Part shown: positions 1 through 9,315 of the stretch, one piece after another
Layout of the letters: every line of letters begins with the position of its first letter
Numbering within the stretch: the stretch's first letter is position 1
From: an uncultured delta proteobacterium
GTDB taxonomy: Bacteria; Myxococcota; Myxococcia; Myxococcales; Myxococcaceae
Reading direction: 5' to 3'
Assembly (NCBI GenBank): GCA_963771175.1
Contig: CAVYSY010000056.1
Location: 1-64,000, forward strand
DNA length: 64,000 bases
The notes under the pieces: generated by a model
Seen by the model: only the letters and a program-made list of their open reading frames with translations
Told to the model about the DNA's origin: nothing
The model's database searches: none
Program-made: the position numbers and the translations under genes

Positions 1-28
1 CCACCAATTGCTGCTGAGCCACGCCGGC
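1..28 (-). ncRNA. possible 5' end of a further atypical tRNA (cut by window edge or interrupted)
   Basis: Minus strand reads GCCGGCG-TG-GCTC-AGCAGC..., i.e. acceptor 5' strand, positions 8-9, D-stem 5' and a D-loop with the same GCAGC motif as the tRNA at 130-203. The bases that follow (AATTGGTGG) do not close the D-stem. Confidence 0.35.
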
Positions 29-33
29 CTTCG

Positions 34-127
34 AAATGCAAAGTGTAGAATGCAGAATGCAGAGTTCCGGAGCATTCTGCACTCTGCATTCATCACTCTG
101 CACTCTGCATTCATCACTCTGCACTTA
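34..127. repeat. heptamer tandem repeats in inverted arrangement (long hairpin spacer)
   Basis: AAATGCA-AAGTGTA-GAATGCA-GAATGCA-GAGT (34-65) faces GCATTCT-GCACTCT-GCATTCA-TCACTCT-GCACTCT-GCATTCA-TCACTCT-GCACTTA (72-127). An exact 21-bp tandem lies at 79-99/100-120. Confidence 0.9.
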
Positions 128-129
128 AT

Positions 130-203
130 TGGTGGGTCGCCACGGTGCTGCCCCGTGCTCTGCGGTTTAAGAGACCGCTGCATCGCTGCAATGCTTGCAA
201 CCC
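130..203 (-). tRNA. non-canonical tRNA-Lys (anticodon CTT) with encoded CCA
   Basis: Minus strand: GGGTTGC AA GCAT TGCAGCG ATGC A GCGGT CT-CTT-AA ACCGC AGAG CACGG GGCAGCA CCGTG GCGACCC A CCA. All four stems pair (7/4/5/5 bp, one G-U), the anticodon loop is canonical and the discriminator is A73. Confidence 0.88.
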
Positions 204-210
204 AGTCTCG

Positions 211-284
211 GCGACATGAAGGCGGGAGTTGAACCGCCGCGGCCAGGCCTGTGATTTCCTGACCGACACCGGAATTCGCGTCGC
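211..284 (-). ncRNA. tRNA-like structured element (T-arm plus long closing stem, no D-arm)
   Basis: Minus strand GCGACGCGAA...TTCATGTCGC closing stem, internal hairpin CGGTCAGG/CCTGGCCG and a T-arm GGCGG-TTCAACTC-CCGCC. It ends 7 nt before the tRNA-Lys. Confidence 0.5.
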
Positions 285-317
285 GTAAAAATGTGCGGCA
301 GCGGCAATCTCGCGGAT

Positions 318-347
318 GACTGCGGCCTGGACTGCGGCCCCTGCGAC
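318..347. promoter_or_regulatory. direct repeats, candidate regulator site upstream of the RNA cluster
   Basis: GACTGCGGCC at 318-327 and 330-339 (12-bp period), with a degenerate CTGCGAC at 341-347. Confidence 0.3.
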
Positions 348-356
348 TGAGCCTCC

Positions 357-1118
357 TCAACCCCGGCCCTCGGGGCGGGCTCGCAACAGGTAGAAGACGT
401 AGCCGTAGGACGCGCCCCATCGCGCATAGAGGGATATCTCCCGCTCCGTCTCGGCGATGGCGGTGGCGAGGTCCACGTCCTCATGGGCCCGCGCGCGCAG
501 CGACTCGATGCGCGCCAGGAGAGGCCGGTAGTACGCGTCCCACCACGCCGACTCCGGCAGCACGAAGGTGTCCAGCACCTCGAAGCCAGCCTCGCGCGCC
601 GCGGCACTGTTGGACGCGACGGTCCCCATGGACGGGTAGGCCTCGCGCCAGAACGCGGCGGCCTCCTCGGGGGGTGAGTCCGTCAGCCACGTCGCCTCGG
701 TGACAGCCATCAGCCCACCGGGGCGCAGCAGCGGACGCCACCGCCGCAGACCCTCGGCCCAGCCCAGGATGTAGATGGCCCCCTCGGACCAGAGGAGGTC
801 CACGCTCCCGGGCGCCTCCTCGAGAGCACCGAAGTCGGCGCGCCGAATCTGGAGGAGGTGCCTCAGCCCCTGAGCGGCGGCCTCGGCCTCCAACTGAGCG
901 AGGAAGGGCGCGTGCAGGTCCACGGCGGTGATGGGGGTGCCGAGCTCCCGCGCGAGCACGAGCGTCTGTCGCCCGGGGCCACACCCGAGGTCGAGCACTC
1001 GCGGTGAGTCGGGAAGGAGCGGGCGCAAGCGGCGGAGCGCCTCGCGGGTGCAGTCGTCACTGCCAGGTCCCTCGCGGGGCAGGTCCGTGTGGAGCAGAAA
1101 CAAGGCGTCCTCGAGCAT
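357..1118 (-). CDS. class I SAM-dependent methyltransferase
   Basis: VLDLGCGPG motif I; DLLWSEGAIY; LRPGG. Confidence 0.9.
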   Translation of the reverse strand: MLEDALFLLHTDLPREGPGSDDCTREALRRLRPLLPDSPRVLDLGCGPGRQTLVLARELGTPITAVDLHAPFLAQLEAEAAAQGLRHLLQIRRADFGALEEAPGSVDLLWSEGAIYILGWAEGLRRWRPLLRPGGLMAVTEATWLTDSPPEEAAAFWREAYPSMGTVASNSAAAREAGFEVLDTFVLPESAWWDAYYRPLLARIESLRARAHEDVDLATAIAETEREISLYARWGASYGYVFYLLRARPEGRG

Positions 1119-1156
1119 GCGCAAAGCCTACGCCAGGTTCGCCCCGCGCCGCCGTG

Positions 1157-1735
1157 TCAGGCGTGGACCCGGCGCGTCACTCTCCGGATCGCGAGCGAGC
1201 CCGCCATGATGGAGAGGCCACGGCTGAGGATCTCCACGCCCACCAACAGTCCCACCACATACAGGGAGGAAGCGGGGAACTGGGCGAAGATGATGACGCC
1301 CAGCACCACGGACACGATGCCGTAGGCGACGTCCCAGCCCCAGCCGGTATAGCGGTCCGCGATGGAGGTGATGCCGCGGAACAACCCGCTCGCGAAGAAG
1401 TAGCCGGCGATCAGCAGCGTCAGCGCCGCCAGCCCGGCGCCCGGACGCGACCACACCAGCGCGCCCACCACGATGGAGAGGATGCCGCCCAGCAGGAACA
1501 TCAGGAAGGGACCCGTCTTGCGGACCCGGAACGCATGGACGATCTCGAAGATGCCCGCCACCACCAGCATCGCGCCGAAGTAGAAGACCGAGACGACACT
1601 GGTGAAGCCCACCCAGGCCAGCGCCACGATACCGAGCAGGGTTATCAGCAGGCCCATCACGAAGGGACCGCCCCAGAGACTCGACAGGTTCCGTGGGTTG
1701 TTGGGGGATGAATCGACAGTGTCTGGAATGGGCAT
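1157..1735 (-). CDS. HdeD family (DUF308) membrane protein
   Basis: About 192 aa with 6 hydrophobic helices; GxxxxVAGIFEIVHAF and FAQFPASSLYVVGLLVGVE patterns typical of HdeD. Confidence 0.85.
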   Translation of the reverse strand: MPIPDTVDSSPNNPRNLSSLWGGPFVMGLLITLLGIVALAWVGFTSVVSVFYFGAMLVVAGIFEIVHAFRVRKTGPFLMFLLGGILSIVVGALVWSRPGAGLAALTLLIAGYFFASGLFRGITSIADRYTGWGWDVAYGIVSVVLGVIIFAQFPASSLYVVGLLVGVEILSRGLSIMAGSLAIRRVTRRVHA

Positions 1736-1883
1736 GACGGACCTTCCTCGAAGTCGTGCGACGCCTCCTCGAACCTGGGAGTCTCCAGGAGGGCCGGCAA
1801 GGGGAGACGGCACTTCCGGTCCCCCGCTCGCCCGCCAATGGGCCTGTCGACGCGCCCGCACGCCATGGAGCGGGTACCGGGCA

Positions 1884-3304
1884 CTAATGGACGACCATCT
1901 CGGCGTCCCGTGGCGCATGCGCCCTGCCCGAGGGGCCCGGCGGGACACGCCAGGCACCATACGGGGCGATGAGGGCATCCGCCTCGGGCGGGCCCCAGGT
2001 GCCAGGGTCGTACTCGCATAGCGGGGTGGCGCTGCTCACGACGGGGTCCACCACCCGCCAGGCCTCCTCCACCGCCTCCTGGCGCGCGAAGAGCGAGACG
2101 TCGCCGCGCATGGCATCTCCGAGCAGCCGCTCGTAGGGCCTCATCGTTCCCCCGGGCTGCTGGATGGCCACCAACTCCACGTCCTCGCCCACCATGGCTC
2201 CCCCGGGACGCATGGCGCGCGCGCCGATGGAGATGCGCACGTCGGGACCGAGCCGGAAGCGCACGGAGTTGGGCGAGGCCATCGAGGGCTCCTCGAAGAT
2301 GGGGCGGGGCGGGTGGTGCAGCTCCACGAAGACCTCGGTGGCGTCGGTGGGCAGGCACTTGCCCGAGCGGATGAAGATGGGCACGTCCGCCCACCGCCAC
2401 GAGTCGATGAACATCCGCACCGCGGCGATAGGTCTCCACGGTGGAGGTGGGCGAGACGCCGCGCTCGTTCCGATAGCCCCGGAACTGGCCCCGCACCACG
2501 CCGGACGGGTCCAACGAGCGCATGGCCTTGAAGACGCGCGCCTTCTCGTCGCGCAGGGCCTCGGGGTCCGCGCAGAAGGGCGCCTCCATGGTGAGCAGCG
2601 CCGACGACCTGCAGCAGGTGGTTCTGCAGCACGTCGCGAATGGCCCCCACCTCCTCGTAGAAGGCGCCGCGCCCCCGCACGCCGAAGCTCTCGGACAGCG
2701 TCACCTGCACGCTGCGCACGTGCTGCCGGTTCCAGATGGGCTCGAGGAAGACATTGGCGAAGCGGAAGAAGAGCAGGTTCTGCACCGGCTCCTTCCCCAG
2801 GAAGTGGTCGATGCGGAAGATGGCCGACTCGGGCAGGAAGCGGTGCAGCGTCTCGTTGAGCGCGCGCGCCGAGGCCAGGTCCCTCCCGAAGGGCTTCTCC
2901 ACCACCACCCGCGCCTCCCTCAAGCACTGGGAGCGGGCCAGTCCCTCCACCACCGTGCCGAAGAAGCTCGGGGGGATGGCCAGGTAGTGCAGCGGGCGCT
3001 GCGCCCCACCGAGCGCCTCGCCCACGAGGGCGAACGTCTTCGGGTCGCGGTAGTCCCCGTCCACGTAGCGCAGCAACTGGCACAGGCGCTGGAAGGCGGC
3101 TTCGTCCCACGAGCCGTGCGCCTGGATGCTCTCACGCGCCCGCTCGCGGAGCCGCTCCAGCCCCCAGCCCGCCTTGGCCACGCCGATGATGGGCACCGAC
3201 AGCCCTCGGGCCACCAGGGCCTGGAGCGCGGGAAAGATCTGCTTGTACGCGAGGTCCCCGGTGGCGCCGAAGAAGACGAGTGCATCCGAGTGCGGCGTGC
3301 CCAT
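1884..3304 (-). CDS. zwf: glucose-6-phosphate 1-dehydrogenase (2 frameshifts near 2590 and 2430)
   Basis: [46 protein letters not shown] and YERLL motifs spread over three frames. Confidence 0.93.
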
Positions 3305-3307
3305 GAC

Positions 3308-4326
3308 TCACCCGCCTCCCTTCCCTTCTCCGATGACCGCCGAACTGGTAGCGCATGGCGGACAGCAGCCTGTCGGCGAAGTCCCCCTCTCCCGCGGCTG
3401 CTGAAGCGCTGGTAGAGGGCACTGCCGAGCACCGGCGCGGCACGCCCTCGTCGATGGCCGCCGCGTGCGTCCAGCGCCCCTCGCCGGAGTCGGAGACGTC
3501 GGCCGGTGAACCCGGTCAGCTCAGGGCTGCCGCCGCAGCGCATCCGCGGTGAGGTCGAGCAGCCAGGAGGCGATGACGCTGCCACGCCGCCAAGCTCGGC
3601 CACCTCGGGGAGGTCGAACGCATAGCGGTACTCCTCGGGGTTGCGCAGCGGCGTCGTCTCGGCGTCCGAGGTGTGCCGGTGCATGCCCACGTCGGCGTGG
3701 CGCAGGATGTTGAGCCCCTCGGCGTACGCGGCCATGAGGCCGTACTCGATGCCGTTGTGCACCATCTTCACGAAGTGGCCCGCACCGTTCGGCCCGCAGT
3801 GCAGCCAGCCCTGCTCGGCCGGAGTCGGTGGACCCTCGCGCCCGGGCGTCGCGACGCGCCCTCGACACCGGGGCCAGCGCGACGAAGATGGGCTCCAGGC
3901 GGCGCACCGGCGCCTGCTCGCCCCCGATCATCAGGCAGTAGCCGCGCTCGAGCCCCCACACCCCGCCGCTCACGCCGACGTCCACGTAGTGCAGGCCCCG
4001 CTGGCGCAGCTCCGCCGCTCGGCGCAGGTCGTCGTGGTAGTGCGAGTTGCCCCGTCGATGACGGTGTCCCCGGACTGGAGCAGCGGCACCAGCTTCCCGA
4101 GCGTCTCGTCCACGAGGCCCGCGGGCAGCATCATCCACACCAGGCGCGGGACGGGAAGCTGGCGCATCAACTCGTCGAGCGAGAAGGCCCCCACCGCCCC
4201 CTCACCCTGGAGCGCCTCGACGACCTCCCGGCGCACGTCATGGACGACACAGCGGTGTCCCGCCTTCAGCAGCCGGCGCACCATGGCGCCGCCCATCCGG
4301 CCGAGTCCAATCATCCCCAGGTCCAT
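3308..4326 (-). CDS. gnd: 6-phosphogluconate dehydrogenase, short (YqeC-type) form, several frameshifts
   Basis: MDLGMIGLGRMG, DVGVSGGVWGLERGYCLMIGG, KMVHNGIEYGLM and LSAMRYQFGGH across frames. The 3' end is approximate. Confidence 0.9.
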
Positions 4327-4530
4327 TCCCCTCGCTCCTCCCTGGCAGCTCGGCCGGTCTCGCCCCATGGGCGTCCGCTCTCAATCTGTGTACCCGGCGA
4401 GCGGTACGGCAGCACGAGACGTGCGGGAGGCGCTCCGAGGCCCACGTGCCCCCGACATGGGGAGAAGCGGCCGAGCGGCCCGGCTCGCTCGCTTGTCCCA
4501 CGCCGTTCGGAGCCCCACCTTGCAAGGGTC

Positions 4531-6392
4531 ATGTCCCGCCCCCTCGAGGACTACGCCCTCATCGGAGACACCCAGACGGCGGCGCTGGTGGGCCGGGACG
4601 GCTCCATCGACTGGCTGTGCCTGCCCCGCTTCGACTCGGGCGCGTGCTTCGCGGCCCTGCTCGGCGAGCCGGAGCATGGCCGTTGGCTGCTCGCACCGGC
4701 CGGAGCGGCCCCGAGACAGGTGAGGCGGCGCTACCGCCCGGACACCCTCGTGCTGGAGACGGAGTACACCACCGAGGAGGGCGTCGTGCGGCTGGTGGAC
4801 TGCATGCCTCCGCGCGACCGCACCCCGGACGTCATCCGCGTGGTGGAGGGCGTGAAGGGCCGAGTGCCCATGCACCTGGAGCTCGTCATCCGCTTCGATT
4901 ACGGCTCGGTGGTGCCCTGGGTGACGCGGAACGGCTCGGAGCTGCGGGCGGTGGCCGGGCCGGACGCGCTCGCCCTCTACTTCCCGGTGAAGACACACGG
5001 CCAGGGCCTCACCACGGTGGCGGACTTCACCGTGTCCGAGGGCGAGCGCATTCCCTTCGTCCTGCGCTGGCACCCCTCCAACGAGCCGGCGCCCCCACCC
5101 CTGGACGGTCTGGCCGCGGCGGAGGACACCGAGTCCTGGTGGCGCGAGTGGTCGAGCCACTGCGCCTACCAGGGCCTCTGGCACGAGGCCGTCCACACCT
5201 CGCTGATGACGCTCAAGGCCCTCACCTACGCGCCCACCGGTGGCATCGTGGCGGCGGCCACCACGTCGCTGCCCGAGCGGCTCGGCGGCGTGCGCAACTG
5301 GGACTACCGCTTCTGCTGGCTGCGGGATGCCACCTTCACCCTCTACGCCCTGCTGCTCAGCGGCTTCCGCGAGGAGGCCATGGCCTGGCGCGACTGGCTG
5401 CTGCGCTCCGTCGCGGGAGACCCCGCGCAAGCTGCAGATCATGTACGGGGTGGCCGGCGAGCGCCGCCTCACCGAGCTCGAGCTGGACTGGCTGCCGGGG
5501 TACGAGGGCTCGCGGCCGGTGCGCATCGGCAACGCCGCCGTCCACCAGTTCCAGCTCGACGTCTACGGCGAGGTGATGGACGCGCTGCACCAGGCGCAAC
5601 GCAGCGGAATCACCGAGGACCGGCGCGCGTGGAACCTGACTCGGGTGCTGATGGACTTCCTGGAGTCCGGGTGGCGGAAGCCTGACGAGGGGCTCTGGGA
5701 GGTGCGAGGCCCACGGCAGCACTTCACGCACTCGAAGGTGATGGCGTGGGTGGCCTTCGATCGCGCGGTGAAGGCGGTGGAGCGCTTCGGGAAGGAGGGC
5801 CCGGTGGAGCGCTGGCGAGCCATCCGCGACAGCATCCACGAGGAGCTCTGCCAGCGCGGCCTATGACTCGAAGCGCGGCACCTTCACCCAGGCCTACGGC
5901 TCGACGGCCCTGGACGCGAGCATGCTGATGATGCCGCTGGTGGGCTTCCTGCCGCCCACCGACCCGAGGATGGTGGGCACCGTGCACGCCATCGAGCGGG
6001 AATTGATGCGCGACGGCTTCGTGCGGCGCTACCACACCCACGAGACGGAGGACGGGCTGCCCCCGGGCGAGGGAGCCTTCCTGGCCTGCTCCTTCTGGCT
6101 CGCGGACAACTACGTCCTCCAGGCCAGGCTGGACGAGGCGGAGGCGCTCTTCCACCGGCTGCTGGCCCTGCGCAACGACGTGGGGCTACTGGCCGAGGAG
6201 TACGACCCCGTGACGAAGCGGATGCTGGGCAACTTCCCGCAGGCCTTCTCACACGTGGGGCTCATCAACACGGCGTACAACCTCGCCCGGCACCACACCA
6301 GCCCGGCCCTGCACCGGCAGAGTGGCCATGAGGCGGAGGGCGAGCGAGCTGGCCAGGCCGCGTCACGGAGCCGTGTCGGCGGCCACCTTTGA
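4531..6392 (+). CDS. glycoside hydrolase family 15 (trehalase/glucoamylase-like), frameshifts near 5425 and 5860
   Basis: LEDYALIGD, IDWLCLPRFDS, RNWDYRFCWLRDA, QLDVYGE and LLAEE..GNFPQAFSH motifs. Confidence 0.93.
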
Positions 6393-7106
6393 TTCCGACA
6401 ACAGCCGCGGCAGCTCCGCCGCCTGGAAGGACGTCTCCTCCTTCAGCCCGCCTCCGCAGCGCACTCCCCCCACCCGCTCGAGCGTGACGGGGTCGCGCGG
6501 GAAGACGAGGAACCCCACCTCACCGCCAGGACCCCGCTGGAGCACCACGTGTCTCAGCTCGGCCTTCTCCCGCAGCTCCCCGTTCTGGAGCAGCTCCCGC
6601 CCCACCTGCCCATCGGACACGCCCGACCTGGACAAGCTCAGGGCGTACTTGCACACCTCCGTGCTGGCCCACCCCATGCGGAGGGGATTGAACCACCACG
6701 AGCTCTCCACCACCGGCTCGCGGCTCGACGCCAGCCAGCCCACGTGGTGCCCGATGCCCACCGTGGCCATCGTCGCGCTGAAGAGGAGCACGATGAGCGC
6801 CACCAGCGACACGCTCCAGCGCACGGGCCATGGACCCGCGTCCGCGACCTCGGGACGCAACCGCCGCCACAGCCGCCGCAGGAAGAGGTGCGTGCCCACG
6901 CCCAGCACCGCGCCCACCGCCACCGTCTCGGCGATGGCGCCCCAGCGGAACGTCACCTCGGGGAGCACGTCCAGGAGGAACTTCCACCAGCCCACCACGA
7001 GAAGGAAGGGCACCTGGAACATCCACATCTGGCCCGTGGTGAGGAGGAACACCAGCCCGAAGAACGTCACGAACCCCCATCCGAGCACCTTGGACACCCT
7101 GCTCAC
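6363..7106 (-). CDS. hypothetical membrane protein
   Basis: GTG start overlaps the upstream TGA (GTGA); three TM segments followed by a soluble C-terminus. Confidence 0.7.
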   Translation of the reverse strand: MSRVSKVLGWGFVTFFGLVFLLTTGQMWMFQVPFLLVVGWWKFLLDVLPEVTFRWGAIAETVAVGAVLGVGTHLFLRRLWRRLRPEVADAGPWPVRWSVSLVALIVLLFSATMATVGIGHHVGWLASSREPVVESSWWFNPLRMGWASTEVCKYALSLSRSGVSDGQVGRELLQNGELREKAELRHVVLQRGPGGEVGFLVFPRDPVTLERVGGVRCGGGLKEETSFQAAELPRLLSESKVAADTAP

Positions 7107-7822
7107 GGCGTGCCTCCCAGCTCGGCGTGGAGGGCCTCGAGGGGCATCTGGCGGATGTCCCCGTCCGTGAAGAGCACCCACCGCTCGCGGCCGAAGAGGC
7201 CCGGCTCGTAGGCCAGCGGCGCCGCGGGCGCGTCCGCCTTCTGCCCGCTCACATAGATGAAGTGAATGCCCGAGCTGCCCAGCACCCGCCAGCGCTCCTC
7301 GGGGATGCCCGGGGCGAAGTCGCTCGGGGGGAACTCGCGCCCGTGCTCGGCCGCGTAGGCCCATAGCGCCACGCGCAGCTCCTCGAGCCGCTGTCGCCGC
7401 GCCTGGAGCACCAGCTCCTTCTCCGGGGGCAGCACCGTCTCCTTGAGCTTGTAGGTGGTGCCCGTCTTCACCCACGCGCCGGGCGTCATCAGCTCGCGCC
7501 CGCCGGCAATCATCGAGAGCACGAGCTGGAAGCCGAGCCCCCAGAGGAACACCAGCGCCAGCGCCGCCCCGAAGCCGAGCTCGGGCAGCCGGGGCACGTC
7601 CCGCCGCAGCCGGTTCCACAGCGCCCGGACGGCGAGCGTCACCAGAAGGAAGACGAGCAGGAAGAAGGAGATGGCCTGGAAGCGCCGCGAGGCGACTTCC
7701 GTCAGCGTGAAGCTCGGCATCCCGGCCAGCGCGACGGCCGGGGTGAGCAGGAGCAGGACGAAGGGGAGGCGCGCGGGCACGAGCGACAGTCTGCCGCACC
7801 CGAGCCCCGCCCGGCCATCCAC
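7103..7822 (-). CDS. hypothetical membrane protein
   Basis: ORF with signal/TM segments and C-terminal LAYEP...RWVLFTDG. Start uncertain. Confidence 0.7.
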   Translation of the reverse strand: MDGRAGLGCGRLSLVPARLPFVLLLLTPAVALAGMPSFTLTEVASRRFQAISFFLLVFLLVTLAVRALWNRLRRDVPRLPELGFGAALALVFLWGLGFQLVLSMIAGGRELMTPGAWVKTGTTYKLKETVLPPEKELVLQARRQRLEELRVALWAYAAEHGREFPPSDFAPGIPEERWRVLGSSGIHFIYVSGQKADAPAAPLAYEPGLFGRERWVLFTDGDIRQMPLEALHAELGGTP

Positions 7823-7834
7823 CCCCCGCCCGAG

Positions 7835-8365
7835 TCAGACGCGGAAGGGGGCGGAGTGGCCCTCGGGCCAGAGCACCCGGGGCTCCTCGCCCTCACGGAC
7901 GAGGGCGATGAGGGCCCCGTCCACCAGGTCCTCCTCGTCGAGCGCCTCGGCGATGGTGCGCACGGCCACGTCCAGGTCCATCACGTGGCAGAAGACATTC
8001 ATGCGCCCGGGCTGCGTCTCGCCGCCCTCCACCTCGCCGTTGCCCGTCCAGCCCAGGATGTCCGTGAGCAGCTCCTCCACGGCATGGCGCTTCTCGAAGT
8101 CGTGCCCCGTCCCCTTGCCCTGGAGCGCGTACTGGATGACGAGCGGCGCCATCGCCTCCGGGTCCGGCTCGTCATAGCCCGCGTCCACCAGCGACTCGGC
8201 CGCCTGGGCAATGACCATGTCCGGGTCCTCGTCCGCGGGGGCGGGCGTCTCCTGCTCCTCGCCCGTCTCTCCGACGATGCCCGAGTGCACGGTGAGCTTT
8301 CCTTCGTACACCCACGCCTCCCAGTAGCGGAGGGTGTCGCCTTCCTTCTTGTAGAGCTTCAGCAC
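7835..8365 (-). CDS. hypothetical protein with WGR-like N-terminus
   Basis: LKLYKK..LRYWEAW..TVHSGIVGETG; acidic 176-aa ORF with good codon bias. Confidence 0.75.
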   Translation of the reverse strand: MLKLYKKEGDTLRYWEAWVYEGKLTVHSGIVGETGEEQETPAPADEDPDMVIAQAAESLVDAGYDEPDPEAMAPLVIQYALQGKGTGHDFEKRHAVEELLTDILGWTGNGEVEGGETQPGRMNVFCHVMDLDVAVRTIAEALDEEDLVDGALIALVREGEEPRVLWPEGHSAPFRV

Positions 8366-8402
8366 GGGCGCACTCTACACACAGGAGCCTCGCCGGCCCG
8401 AG

Positions 8403-9173
8403 TCAGAAGGCACGGCCCTGTCCACCATCCACCGGCACGGTGGCCCCCGTCACCCAGCGGGCCCGCTCCGAGCACAGGAAGACGACCACGTCGGCCACCT
8501 CCTCGGGCGTGCCGAAGCGGCTCCAGGGCAGCTCCTCGCGCACCATCTTCTCCACCTTCTCCGGCTGGGCCTGCCGCCGCCGGTCCCAGCTCCCCCCGGG
8601 GAAGAGGATGGAGCCCGGCGCCACCCCGTTGACGCGGATGCGGTGGCGCGCCAGGTCGATGGCCATCTCCTTGGTGAGCGCGGTGAGGCCCGCCTTGGCC
8701 GCCGTGTAGGGGGCGCTGGTGCCGTACTCGCGGCCGTAGATGGAGTTGATGTGGACGATGCACCCGCCGCCCCGGGCCTTCATGGCCTCCACCGCGTGCT
8801 GGGAGCACCACACGGCCGACATCAGGTTGCGGTCGAGCACGTCCTTCCACTGCGGCGCGGTGGCCACGTCGAAGGCGCCCGCGCCGCCACTGCCGCCCAC
8901 GTTGTTGACGAGGACGTCCAACGCCCCGAAGGCCCGCACCGCCGCGTCCACCGCCGCCGCCGCGCCCTCCGGGGTGGCCACGTCGCCCGCCACGGTCACC
9001 ACCTCGGCGCCGGAGGCCCGGAGCGCCGCCGCCGTCGCCTCCAGCCCCTCCGCTCCACGCGCGCTCAGACACACCCGCGCGCCCTCCCGCGCCAGCGCCG
9101 TGGCGATGGCCCGACCGATGCCCCGACTGCTGCCCGTGACGAGCGCTGCCCTTCCCGCGAGCTCCAAGTCCAT
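8403..9173 (-). CDS. SDR family oxidoreductase
   Basis: TGSSRGIG, NNVG, YxxxK (YTAAK), RVNGVAPG. Confidence 0.93.
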   Translation of the reverse strand: MDLELAGRAALVTGSSRGIGRAIATALAREGARVCLSARGAEGLEATAAALRASGAEVVTVAGDVATPEGAAAAVDAAVRAFGALDVLVNNVGGSGGAGAFDVATAPQWKDVLDRNLMSAVWCSQHAVEAMKARGGGCIVHINSIYGREYGTSAPYTAAKAGLTALTKEMAIDLARHRIRVNGVAPGSILFPGGSWDRRRQAQPEKVEKMVREELPWSRFGTPEEVADVVVFLCSERARWVTGATVPVDGGQGRAF

Positions 9174-9315
9174 GCGGCCCGTTCTACACCGGGTGGGACA
9201 GGCCAGGGGATGAGCGCCTCCCCGCCCGGCGGCTCCGAATCCTCCTCCCGGGATTGCCCGCCTCGCCGCGACACCCCACGTTTGGCGGCGAGAGGGGGGA
9301 AGAGGAGTGTTCGCC

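Noticed and set aside
34..127. CRISPR array
   Set aside because: Units are 7/21-bp tandem repeats without unique spacers, and there are no cas genes in the window.
8..232. 74-aa ORF with HSAFITL repeats
   Set aside because: It is a translation of the heptamer repeat and the antisense of the tRNA; not a credible protein.
130..284. tmRNA or selenocysteine/pyrrolysine tRNA
   Set aside because: The element has a complete anticodon arm with CTT and a short variable loop. There is no G3-U70 alanine acceptor, tag ORF, or TCA/CTA anticodon.
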